64,000 nt of DNA from Raillietiella orientalis (taxonomy: Eukaryota), in NCBI GenBank assembly GCA_036172245.1, contig JAYWIR010000033.1, positions 868,001-932,000 on the forward strand, read 5' to 3'. How positions within the stretch are numbered: the first letter of the stretch is position 1; each line of letters starts with the position of its first letter. The position numbers and the translations under genes were made by a program. This document shows positions 34,304 through 47,195 of the stretch, in pieces. The notes under the pieces were generated by a model, which was not told where the DNA came from, did not search any database, and worked only from the letters and a program-made list of their open reading frames with translations.

Positions 34304-34478
34304 TTCATTTGTATTAATCCTCAAACCTACAAAATGAGTTCGATGCACATAAGTATTTCCTAGACACATTTGAAATGATACTTTAAATGGTGGTTTGCAA
34401 TTAAGTACTTGCTACCACCAAATAAAATTACGTCATAACATAATGTCTTTATTCATTGAAAGAGAATTTCAGAAGACC

Positions 34479-37340
34479 TTATTTCGCAACTGATGGCCTG
34501 AAAAACAATATTCAGAAAGTTTCATATTAAAACAACTATCATACTTGGACCATTCCACATTTAAAATCAGATGGTCGTAGCCAAACCCATTCAAAACTTC
34601 AATTGCATGTGCTGCATCCTCTACACGTGAATAGCTCACAAATGCAAATCCCTTGGATTGTCCTGTAATTTTGTCCTTGGATAAAAATATGCGTTGAAGT
34701 GTTCCAAAAGGCGCAAACAGTTCTTGCAAATCTTGTTCTCGGGTACTCTCAGATAAATTGGTCACTCGAAGAGTGGGAAAATCTTCTGCAATGCATACAT
34801 GACATTAACATGTAAACTCACTAAACAATTTATAATCACATTTGCTGCAAGAGGCAATTGTAAGGTAGGGCATGGAAAATTTTTTCCAGCAGCGCAATGA
34901 TTTACATAAACTACAAAGTTATAAAAAAAAAATTATTTTAAAAAAAAAATCAAATCAATATTTTGCAAAAATGTTAACTTTCTGTTTCCTATTACGTAAT
35001 CGAAAATAAAATCAGTTACAAAACATTACAGAGTAAACACAAATTTCACTTCTTAAACCAATTTATTTTTATAATAAGTTCATGGAGCATTCACTGTAGA
35101 GATGAATATGGAAAAGCTATTGTAGATTAACAAGACACTTGGGAAATATGAGTTGCACACTCACATTTTCTAAGAGAAGTGACTTTCGTGTCAACTATGT
35201 GAAATAATTACATCCTTCAAAAGATATTTTAAACATTCAAAACAATGGCCACACATCTCCAATAAATTAAAAAGTCTAATCAGGAATACTAAAGAAAATG
35301 AAAAAGCATTCAAAATGTGCTGCCAATCTTAAATTGCTAATGAAAGTCAGTGTTATACCATCAATACAAAAAGATTGACAATGATAAACTTTTAAGAAGA
35401 ACTCTGAAATTTTCATGAGAAGTATGCTAGAAAGAACTAAAGTTTAATCAATAAAAATAATAGAAAGTTCACCTAAAGCTCAACTTTCTTACCTTTTCTT
35501 GTAGGTAACATTCCCTCTCCTTGAATTGCACCTTCTCTTCTAGAAGGAGGAAGATATGCTTTGGTAGATGGTTTAGATTTTTCCTCCAACATTCCAGATG
35601 ACATCTGAGGAAGGACTTCTTTCTCTTCTGCCTAGTTAAGATATAGAGATGACTAATGATCTGCATAAGTCAAGTGAGTCAAAAATCACATTTCCAAACA
35701 ATGCTTTTGTTTATTCAGGAATACAAACACAATTCATTTGAAATCAAGTTAATATGCAATTAATAAACATGAGACATAAGCAAGAAAAAGCAAAACAAAG
35801 TACACTGGTGGAGATAACAACACAAACCAAATTTAATCACACACACATGAACTAAAAATTTTTCAATTCTATTAAACAAAACAAGTACTTGAATGCATAT
35901 AACACAAATTACCATCATTTCTTTATAAGGACACTGTTTTGTCCAATGATCCTTCTTACAAATACGACATTTCACCATTGCTTTCTGGCCTTTCAACTTG
36001 CTTATTGCATCCTCTTCCTGTTTTTCATTTTCATCTTTGGAATGCACAAACTAATAAACAATCCAATACTAATGGTAATGATCAAATATACAAAATCGGA
36101 AATTGAACATGAAAATAAATGAAAAGTGAGAGAAGCAGGACACAAAAAATTTTAAGCCAGTAATACGCTACTTTCATAATAATAAACTAGTCTGCAAATT
36201 AGAAAACAGCTAGCTTATGACAATAGGACTAATTTAAAGTAAATTTGATATATTAATTTTAATTCCATGAATTCCCTTGAAGTCTGCAAATTGTTTAGCA
36301 ACACACCAATTATAAAGACTTTGCTCTGAAAACTGAAATTAAAAACCTGCATAGAAACTTCCTCTGCAATTACAGTTGTTGCAGGATTGGGACCTTGTTT
36401 GTCATCTTTTGACTGTCCAAATTTTGACCAATTCCTTCTTTTTAGTACTGATTTTGAAATTTTTCTTGTTTCAATTTGATACTGCCTCACAATCTATGGT
36501 TTGAAGAAACATAAAAATAATAACAATATAACTGAACAAACACACTATTACTAATTCCTTAAATTCATTGTGATCAAGAAAATGAATTTTGCCAGAAAAA
36601 CATTGGGATGAAAATTTCGAAACTATGATTTGTGCATTCAGTTTTCGTTCAGTAATGCACAAAAAATCGAAATCACGACAATGCATGATGATATTACAAA
36701 TATGCAGAAATTACAATCTACCTTCAATTTTTTTCCTTTTTCATCAAATGCATACTCAGTAACTGTCTTAATGCCATTATTGATAACTTCGGTTCGTGGT
36801 GGTAGTGCAGAAGATTCTTTTTTAGATACATCTATATAAAATAAGAGTGAACTTATACAAACCTTGCTTTTCTTCTGTTTCATCTGCCCAACTCGATATT
36901 GGCCTAAAAGGCAAGTCCACTCATTAATATTCGGATACAGAATGTTCAAAGAACGATCGGTTACACAAATTCATAATTCAATAGATTACCTACCAGTCAA
37001 AATAAGTAACTAGTACGAAAAGTCAAATACAAACATATGAATAAAAGTATCAATTTTGAAAACTTCAGTGCACAGAGTATTAAACCAAATCTATCTCAAA
37101 TGCACTACATGCATTTTATTCCCCAAATCCTTGCGATATGTATACGGCAGCACATTATTATTTCGAAGCAAAATTTGTTAACTTATTTCGGAACAAAAAT
37201 AGCATTAGTACAAACAGAAAACTGAATACTCGATAATCAATAGCACAAATATAATTTTGTTTCAACAATTTCAGTATGAAATCTCTAGCATTCCAACAAA
37301 ATTAAAAAACAGTGAATACTCACTCTGTTTGCACAGGCAT
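34479..37340 (-). CDS. EIF3G: Eukaryotic translation initiation factor 3 subunit G, multi-exon
   Basis: MPVQTE|PISSWADE, WSKFG..GPNPATT, zinc knuckle CRICKKDHWTKQCPY, YLPP, RRM LRVTNLSE..SKGFAFVSY..GFGYDHLILNVEWSKPS. Confidence 0.96.
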
Positions 37341-37989
37341 TTTTATATCCTCGGTACTTCAGTCCTCAGTTCGGAGACTTACCATTAAATTTTAATCACA
37401 GTTGCCAACATAGCAAATCCACGTAACTGATTTAAGAGTTCAAACGATACGTTTTTGAATTGCTTGAAACATGTTCCGTATTGATTTGTTACGATTTTAT
37501 TGTTACAATGCACCCATCATGTACCACTGTGTAAAATCTCAGCAGATTCGAATCTGATATTGTGCTTTTTATCAAAGTGCTCATATATCTCGGAATTGTA
37601 CATCAGCTCTAAAACAAAGCAGAACAACTTGTATACCTAAAAAAAATAAATAAAAACCACATAGCTATAATGCAATGAATCTTAGTTACACATATATTGG
37701 AAAGGTACTGTTGTTCTCAGGGATAATTTTAAAACAAGCCAGAAATAACAGACGAATTCCAGAATTCTCGCATCTTCTCACTGATACGAGTAGAAATCAA
37801 AACATGCAAAATATTTCTCTTAAAGTTATATGATTTAGATACAATGAATTTGATACTATTTCTAACAAAACAGTAATCAGACAAATCTCGAAAATTCTGT
37901 TCTACTCCATAAGAATCAAGAACAATGAGCAGAGAGATTTTGACGTATCGATGAATATGGCAGCTATTTGATTATAATCAAATAATGTA

Positions 37990-39120
37990 TAAAGTTTCCT
38001 TAAGAGTAACGTTCTCCTGTGGGCATATTGAAGGTGTTCACTTTTCAATTGCGTTCAAATGAAGCCCTAAAGGTCAGTAAATGGCACGAAGAAGTGAAGA
38101 TGGCTGTAGTGAAACGACCAAATAGAAAAATAGACCAGAGATAATAAAAATTGAATATCTCTTCCTCTAGATAAAGAAAACAAAAATGTCAAGTTTCAAA
38201 AAGCATCACGAAACTCTACTTAAGTGCAGGATACAAATGTAAACCTTCAGATAAAGATCATCACAACACAACTATCATATCCTTATGAAGTGGGAATTCA
38301 AAGTGATAATTACAAATATACAAAGTAAAAAAGTATGTTATTTACAGAATGCACCTCAAACTAACTGCATCATTTGAATTAACAGCAACTATTAACCATC
38401 ATATTTGGGAATCATTCCTATGACCTAACAACCGGTTATAAGATGTAACAACATGAAGGCATTAGTAAAGTTTCTTTTCAAAAAAAATGTAAATCAAACA
38501 TGATAATGAAAATCAAGAAATACATTGTCATGAAGCTTATAAATGGAAAGATTTCTAAATCGAAACAAAGATCTGAACATTTATGCAACAACAAGGAAAA
38601 AGGAAGTTGAGAAAGAATCACAAGAATTTGTGGTTCCCTGAGAATATGAAGATGATCAAAGGTAGAGAACCATGAAGATTCTTCTTTGTTGCTTGCAGTA
38701 CAAGGAGAACGTTAGTGTCAATAGAAGTCTATGTGATAGTTTCATTCCTTTATAATGATTTGTAATCATTGTTGATGAGGCACAAAATTCTGGAAATTCC
38801 GAAATTAGCTGCAATAATCATAAAACTTCATTCAAAGATAATGTTTTTTTTCATTATATGATGCGAAAGGCTCTTGAGTTTGAGATCGTATCATTACTAC
38901 TCGAGAAACGATAATTTTAAAAACTGATTAGATTTCAGTTTGAAATTACCACAACTACTGGGAAAATCATGAAACAAAATTCAGTATATGATTGTGTTTG
39001 AAATATTCAGAACTCAAGAGAGATGGATTTCTTTTAATCCTTTGAAGCGATGTCTGTTGCCATCAAGATGTCATTAGGATCATTGGTTATGCCTTGAGTT
39101 GAAAATATTTAATAACTATA
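37990..39120 (+). mobile_element. Decayed Tc1-like transposon relic
   Basis: Colinear broken motifs over about 1.1 kb: PKG start-like segment, SFKK, WK..ETKI (SDETK-like) near 38550, and a RC..VI...GY-like tail near 39050-39095. Many stops and frameshifts. Confidence 0.4.
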
Positions 39121-40982
39121 TATTTTGGATTGAAAACATAGCAGTCTTAGAATTTCTATGTTGCCTTTGGATGCTTTTGCATAATGAACAACTGAGCTTC
39201 GTAATTAGGACATGATCCTGAACACTTGATCTTGCATTCTTCATTGCTTTTTGAGAGTGCATGTGTCAACAGGGATCATAAATGAAGGAGATCTGTATTC
39301 CAATGTTCTCATAAAACTAATCAATTTACATAATAATAGTAAAATTCATTTTTTTAAAGAAATATCAGATTGTTGTATTGAGTGAATTTCATTCCTAGGG
39401 CAATGAGGGGTTCGATTTTAATGAAAAAGTTGATTTATAAGTTTCACGCTACTTAGCTTTTCAGTTCCAATGAAGTATTTATGTATTCTTTTTTATTTTG
39501 AGGATCATGGTAACCAGAGAGGATAATATTACTGTATGAACTGAATAATGCAAATATCCTGTTATAATTATAGTGAATCTGGTAGGAAAGGCACTGATAT
39601 GATTCTTATGTGTTTACTTCTTTTATATAACAGCATCTGGCATTGATTATTTTATCATGCTATGGTTTCTTATACAAATCCTACGATCTAGTTATAAGAG
39701 ACTCAATCATCAATTGATGGAACTTTAGTTCCAGTGGTATAGTTGTGGACGAAAAGATATTATGAAGAAAAAGAGTTATCATAGAAGACGTATTGTCAAG
39801 GAATGTCTCAGCTGCAATAATCATAAAATCATCAGCTTTTTCATCTTGTGTGAATAGGGAATTTAAATTAAACAAAGTCTCTGAAAACTGTTGCGACTTG
39901 CTGTGTTTCCTATATCTTTTCTTTAGCTTCTTAAATTAAGTGTGTCGCTGTAACAATTTTGTGCAAAAATAAATAAATCTGTAATGCACAAAGTCATTGT
40001 AGTCACCGTTGTATATTATCGCAACATTTAATGAATGGGACATGATGGAATATGAGAACATTTGTGGGTGAAGAAGGAAAATAATCATTTTTCGAAATTG
40101 CGTGCAGTCTAATGGGAACTTAATGCTTGAAATTTTTTATTCAATAGATTATGAATATATGCGTAAATGACTTCGACTATTTCACAAGTAATTTTATAGT
40201 AATCAAAATCAGAATTTGTCAAATATGCACCATCAAGAATATTTTCATATTATTGACCTTTTTGAGATTTATTTAATTTTTGTAGTTTTGGGATTTCTTA
40301 TTTTACGTCATAACGCTATCTGATACTGAGTCATCAATATGATACCGTCAATATTCCGTCCAATTAAATCAGGTGATTAGTTTTGTAAGGAATCATGCTT
40401 CAGGGATGCAAAATTGTGAATTAATTACGAAACCATTTTGTGGACTATTTGTTTTCCTGTTTGTTTGTTTTTAAAATTGGGAGTAGTAATATATGTTTGA
40501 GATTTCTTAGCCTGGCATTGTTTATTTTGTGTGTCATCTTGAAATCATGATAACGTGGTTGACCAATGGACTCTTCACTTGTAAGTCTCATTTCATTTCT
40601 GCTGTGTGTTAAATTTCGAAATTTAATTCCTTTTAACTTGAAACACTTTCAGTCTGTGATAATCATTTATTACAGTGTTAGCATAGTAAACAAGGGACAT
40701 AGGCGTATCCAGTTTTGCGCCGTCGTGGTTCAAATTTGATTTAATGTGATTTTGAGAATAACAAGAATACAAGACTGAATAAGTAGAGTTGAAATGTTGG
40801 AAATTGATTGTAATATAACTTACTACTGTGTTTATAATGAAGTTATTTCGCATTTATTTAGATGCTTTATGGACTCGGTAATGGAAGTCAATTACGAGCC
40901 ATTCTACGTAATGTATGGTGCTTCATGAGTAAATCAAATACCAGCCAGTTGGTTTCAAAATGTGAAGTTACAGGAAGTCATA

Positions 40983-41815
40983 ATGACCATTACAGAATTT
41001 TTCGGTTGTACTGCATTGACTTTCGGCCCCCTTCTTGCAATGTTTATAATTACAATTGCCAATGATCCTTTAAGAATCATATTAATGGTAGCAAGGTATG
41101 TATTTTTCAGTTTTTCATTTTTTACAGAGATTCCCAGTTCGTTTTTTTGGTTATTGGCATTACTGCTCAGCTCCCTTCTCTGGTTTGCTGTCGTACCTTT
41201 GAGACAGTTTTTGCTATTTGGAATATTTTTTTCCGTGATCTTCCAAGAAGTATTTAGGTTATTTCTCTATCTTGTATTAAAAAAAGCTGAAAAAGGCTTA
41301 CAGCAAGTATGTGTTACAGAAACACCAATTACATCTCAAAGGCATCTGTTAGCATATGGTAAGTGAATAATCAATGTGAATATTTAACTAATATATCATT
41401 AGTTTGTGGTTTAGGCTTTGGTACAGCAAGTGGTGCATTTGCATACGGAAATATTTTAGCTGTTTCAGCTGGTCCAGGAACTATGGGATTACAGGGTGGC
41501 TCACCATTTTTCTTTCTTATGTCTGCATTGTTAACATTAGCCTTTGAGCTACTAAATGTAGTATGGTCAGTTATGCTCCATCATTTGCTAGATCAGCGAA
41601 GTTACTTTATGGTGCTTATTGTAGTTGTAAGCCATCTTGCTGCATCCTGCCTTACACTACTTAATCAGAGTGAACTGTACTACATTAGCATTCCTGCAGT
41701 GTATTTTCTCCTTGTGTTAAATGCCATCATTGCTTTCTCCATGGCAGGTGCCACCCGAAAATCATTCCTTATGGCTTTGTTTGCAAGATCTCAAAGAATA
41801 GAGATCAAAGATTAA
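40983..41815 (+). CDS. APH1: Gamma-secretase subunit APH-1, 3 coding exons
   Basis: MTITEFFGCTALTFGP, DPLRII, FFWLLALLLSS, QEVFR, LAYVCGLGFG (GxxxG), GPGTMG, SHLAAS. Introns of 42 and 44 nt; an upstream acceptor implies a 5' UTR intron. Confidence 0.95.
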
Positions 41816-41878
41816 GACTGGTTGTGCTGTACGTGCATTTACAGGTGCTCATATTATCAGTTATGATTAAATGCACCT

Positions 41879-44800
41879 TTATTTTGGAACTAAACCCCGA
41901 GGCTGGGGATATTTGCATGCTGAGTCATTATGCTTCTTAGACAAATAAGACTTCTTCTTTGCCATCACACGAAAATTAGAAACATATTTGTGACTGTCCT
42001 TAGCATCAATCACAATATCCTTTTGTTCATCTTCAAATACATCACTCAAAGCTGCCTGAAGAATGGGTGAAACAAAAGGCAATTCGTAATCAGCAGTAGT
42101 TCTAGTTGGTGTATCCAAGGATAGACTGAGAATGTTCTCACCCTACAATGAAACCATGTTATAAAAATTTATTCCTGTTTTACTTACTCTAAAGCGAATG
42201 TTATTTCCCATAACAACAGCCATTTTAGCATATTCGGACATGGGTCTCCGACAAAAAGAAGAAAAGGGACGTTTACGAATTTCATTTCTTATTTCCGATT
42301 CCAAGTTCAAGTCCCAATTGCTTTTGTCTTCATTGTATGTGGCACACATAAGGATCTGATGTCGCTCTTCTGCAGGAATGAAATTCTCAATTATTAAGTG
42401 ATATAGTCTTATGTTTTTCATAAGTGATTGCTGCGTAGTTAACAATTGTTCCCTTTCAAGGGAGAAAGTTTCGGTAGCACTAGTGATTTCTTGTTTAACA
42501 GCTTGCAATCTGGCAAGAAGTTTCCTCAATTTGCGACCTTTTGCTTCCACTTCTTGTTGCAAGGAGCTATAAGTGTGCTTAATATCAGAAGCAGCTTCTT
42601 CTTCAGCTTCTAATCGATTTAACACTTCCTTTTCACGACGTTTTTGTTCTGCAATTTTCAAACGACACTGATCAAGGGCCTTCTCTTGCTGTTGAGTATG
42701 ATCCACCATACTCTGACCAGACAACAGTTTGCTTTCCATTGCACGAATCTTTGCTATAATCTGCTCTTGAGCCTCCTTTTCTAGTAAAATCAGTTTTTCT
42801 TTGTCCTTTAAGTCTGATAGAAGCTTCTCTTTTTCCTATTCAACAGAAAATTCAAAAAATTGGTATGTGAATACTTGACTCAGACCTCGCCAATCAGATG
42901 TTGGTCCTTTAAAATGGACTGCTTCTCTCTTTCAATCTCAAGTGCTTGTGCTTCCCAAAAATTGTTTAACTCGCTATTTTCCTCTGTCACCATTTTCTGA
43001 TGTTGCTGCTGACTCATTCTTTCAGCATATGCTGCCTTTTAGTTTCAGTAGGTTTTTTTTATCCATAAATGTTTAGTCTTACCTTGAGTCTACTAATTTC
43101 TTCCTGAAATTTGCGGAGCAAAGCATCTTTGGGATCCTCATTTATTCGTGGTTTGTTTTGTATATATTTAGCATGACTGGCATAGCGAAGTGTTGTAAGT
43201 GTTTCATCATAATTGTATATTGCTGGACCAATATTGGCAATCATTATAGTTTTAGCATTTCCTCCAAGAGAATCTAACCATGATTCTAATATTTAGGTTG
43301 CTGTAGGAATCAGAATAAGTGACCTTGAAGAAGACGCGTCAATTTAGAATCTCGATAAGGAATATGTGAGTTCCTGCCATCCATCAATGCTGAGATAACA
43401 TTTCCCAGAGCAGAAAGCGACAAATTTATTTTAGTAGCTTCTTTAAGTCTTTCTCCCTAAAGTAAGCAAAATGCTTATCATAATATATCTACAAATATTT
43501 TCATTACTGATGCTCCTGATTTAGTCTGTCTCTCACTACCTGCCAGGTCAACAAGGTTTAGTTTACCAACATGAATATGAGTCTTGCCATCTACTCCAAT
43601 GCTACTACATTCTACAGTGATGATAAAAATGGCATGTGAACGGGAACTGTGCTCATTCATGTTAGTTGCTCTATAAAAAAAAGACAATTTTTGAAGTGCC
43701 TTAGTTTGTAGATTCTCACCCAACAGATCGATTCTGATTTCCTATATTCATGACATGCTCAATTTCTTTGATGCTTCTACACACAACTGATGATAAGTCC
43801 TTCACATACACACCAACATCAGATCGTTCTCTTAACTCTAAACGTTTGTATGCATCTTTGCTTAGGAGGTCCCTGCAATCACAAGAAATCTTTGTGTCAA
43901 ACCATTATTTCTTTTTTTTTTTTTTTTTTGCATGCATAACACATGCATAACATAGCCAAAAGTGTCTGCAAATATTCAAGACCAACCTGATATCCTCCTG
44001 GTAAATCTCCAAGTAAGAGGTTCGCACCAGATACTGCTCATTTGTTGAATGAGAAATGTGATTAAAAATCTGTTCAAAAGAACGTGGGATTACTCCTCTT
44101 TGATCTAGGTTATTTGTCACACCTGCAAAACAGTAGAAACATTTCAATTGCCTTATTCATGAAATACCTGTTTTAATTGATTTGAATAATTGATCCTTCA
44201 AAAGTACCAACAGTATTTATGAAAAAGCATTTTCGAAATGTAAAATGATATTTCTGTGGTGTTTAAATTGGGTACTGACAAGCAGCCACTTTCGAAAATA
44301 ACAAAGTGCATGCAATCATTACAAACTGTGGTCTCGAGATTTTAAGAGCTTAGTTTGAAAAGTACTTATTAGACAGACATTCTCAATTTGTTACTGAGAA
44401 AAAATTGAGCACAATATTTAGGAAGCAGTAAATGTTCATACTCAAATACAAATAATGGATGAATGGATAGGATTTCTGTATATCATAAAAAAAATTCAAA
44501 GCATTGAAATGTTAAAGGCCAAACTTATTGTTAAGTGTAATTAAATAAGTTCTACTCTTGGTTGTCTTTACTTTCAAGTGATGCTTTAATTAGCTTTTCC
44601 ACACCATGTGCTTATGATGCAAAATCAAAAGTAAGTTTCATCAATGATGAGAAAACCAATATTTGCCTGTTTTATGAAATACCAAAATAATGAAAAGCAC
44701 TTACAATAATAACAGAATACTTTAATGCATTTAAATCAAATTGTACATCACAATTATACTGTATCATAACTGAAGTCACTTAAACTACACAACATCCAAC

Positions 44801-46133
44801 AGTATTGAAAGTTTACCACAAACGCATTAAACTAATATTGATACATTTATTGTTTTTGCTCATATACAATCACTTTAAGAAAAAGCTAAAATACATAATC
44901 ACTGTAACAAAAATTAATGAAGTTGAATATTAATGTACCTTGCATAGTATAAGTTTTACCAGTGCCAGTTTGACCATATGCAAACACAGTTCCATTGAAT
45001 CCACTGAGCACAGCACTGACAATTGGTCTACATGATTCATCATATACTTCACTTTGAGTGGAACTGGAACATAAGCATAAGCATATCACATCTCAGTTTT
45101 GTAAGTTTGCAGTTGTTGTTTTTTTTGAAAAATATGCATGCTACAAGATCTTCCTACTTTTTTGACTCATTTCTTGTTACAAAGCTGATTAAAAGTAAGG
45201 ATTAAAAAGTCCTAAGAGCATGAGAATATACTCAAATAACAGACGTTTGGACTTATTACCAATTAAGACAGATCTTACAATCTGAATCAAGTTTTAAGTG
45301 TTACATCAACAGAAACAAAATGCATACAAATATTGTTTTTTGAACAAAATACAACTTTGACATGCATGAAGCTCAAAATACAACTAAAGCAATTTTCATA
45401 CTGAAGGCCCATCAGTTCACATAAGTAGACAAACAAAAAGAACGATAAATGAGCGAAGAATAAAAACAAAACTGCATCATTCTACATGAGTGGCCGTACT
45501 GCACGTGTTACATACACCAATGAGAAATACCAAACGTTTTGTTTGTGCCACAAATACCAAACGTTTTGTTTGTGGTACAAACAAAACGAAACGGGTGACA
45601 TCTTTAAAGCAAGCAGTAATGCATTAGCAACCAGATAGTAGAATTAGAACATTGGGAACGATATGCTTTGATTTCAAGTATTGCTATCCTGTTATTCCAC
45701 ATAATTTCAAATAGGGTATCTGAAGCCTAAGAAAAAGATTCCAATTTTTACGGAACTATTTCAAGTACAGATGTTTTAATTGCTTTGCATAATTGCTTTT
45801 AACTGCTATAACACTAACGTGATGAAATACTCAATGACTTTTTAAGGTTCTCCCCTAAACAGGTGTGCATGAGCACACACTTGTAATCAGAAAATTTCTT
45901 ACTTCCAATCAAATACGGCATCAAAAGTGAACTGCTTGTATGGATTTGTAGCAGACTTCGAATTATGGACATTTACAGTATGGTTTGAAGAATCAATGTC
46001 CACCACACTAAATGAAACAAACCCAGTGACAGATTAGCTTCAATTCTGACACTGCATACCTATTGTAGCCTTCAGCAATTTCCTTTTCATTAAGTGGTCT
46101 GCAACGAACGGCTACTTTCACGCTTTCACTCAT
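41879..46133 (-). CDS. KIF3B: Kinesin-2 motor subunit, KIF3B/KLP68D-like, multi-exon
   Basis: [14 protein letters not shown]-loop [46 protein letters not shown], coiled-coil stalk, tail RPMSEYA..RTTADYE typical of KIF3B-type subunits. Confidence 0.88.
45525..45588. repeat. 23-bp direct repeat overlapping a 12-bp palindrome in a KIF3B intron
   Basis: aaataccaaacgttttgtttgtg at 45525 and 45552; cgttttgtttgt-ggt-acaaacaaaacg at 45562-45588. Confidence 0.9.
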
Positions 46134-46199
46134 TTCTGCTTCCAAGTGACTCCGCAATCATGGTTTTGGAGGTCCACAAGTGCCCACCCCCGAGATGAG

Positions 46200-47180
46200 C
46201 AGCGCCCAGCATCCTACACAAACAGTTGGTGATGCGCGATTAAACCGATCCGAAACGCGAAATGTTTTTCAACAAATCAGCGGAAAATCAATCATGGCTT
46301 CCGCATCGGAAAATTCATAATCACACGGACGAAGTCACGGCTCCCTTCCCACGGGAACACTTCCGGGAGAAGTGTTTTGCCACAAAAACTGAGTACGTCC
46401 GCGTAAACGGCGTGTATCACAGTGCAATGTGATGGGGAATAAAGGGGGAAAAATTTTTTTTTTTTTTTAAAGTCTTTTACAGCAATCACACATTCGTAGA
46501 TGCCAGTTTCGGCAATTTCTTACAACGAAATGAAATAAAGACAACAGAAATAAAATTGATATACCACGTTTTTTTCTTCTTCTTAATGCCTGGTCAAGTC
46601 AAATTGATTTTGCTTTTTTGGTTCGAAACGGCACAGCGTATCAGTACCGCACTTAATTAGAATTTACATGTGACGTACTATTTCTTAAAGAAAACTAGCA
46701 ACCCTGAATATCTGTTCCTTTCTTTTGAAAAACAAAACCCAACTGTTGTATCACCATGAGTTGCACTCAAGTCTTGGCTATTCGCTGCTTCAGAATACGT
46801 GGTGAAATATGTATTAAAAGCAGTCGTTCGCATGGGAACACCTAATTTTGTAATGATGGCTTTCACACATCTTGGAAATGTGCTGCTGATGCTCCAGCGT
46901 CGTCCTAGGAACGAGGGGGTGTAAAAAAATCATCATCGAAGCTCATCATGATGGAGAATACTCAACATGGCAACGAACAGGAAAACTCCTTTCCATCGTG
47001 CACATTTGTGTGTGCACGACTGCATGAGTAAATGAATGAATGAATGAACTCTGCACGGAATTTTGTCCATAAACTGCTGTTTTATTCTTGCCAGCCCGGA
47101 AGGCAGTGGGAATGAAAACTGCAATGGCCGAAATTTGTACCGTGGAAGCGGTTTCATTTGGAAGTGCATTTTGATTTGCA
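46200..47180. promoter_or_regulatory. Probable CpG-rich bidirectional promoter between KIF3B and neurochondrin
   Basis: Divergent genes about 1.06 kb apart, locally CpG-rich, ETS-type CACTTCCGG at 46358-46366, TGACGT near 46671. Confidence 0.55.
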
Positions 47181-47195
47181 TCAGAAAGTGTTGAA

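Noticed and set aside
36630..36690. Possible C/D-box snoRNA in an eIF3g intron (two CTGA boxes, short terminal stem)
   Set aside because: Box C is non-canonical, length is only about 55 nt, and I recognise no rRNA guide.
45525..45588. CRISPR-like repeat
   Set aside because: Only two copies 4 nt apart, in a eukaryotic intron, with no cas genes.
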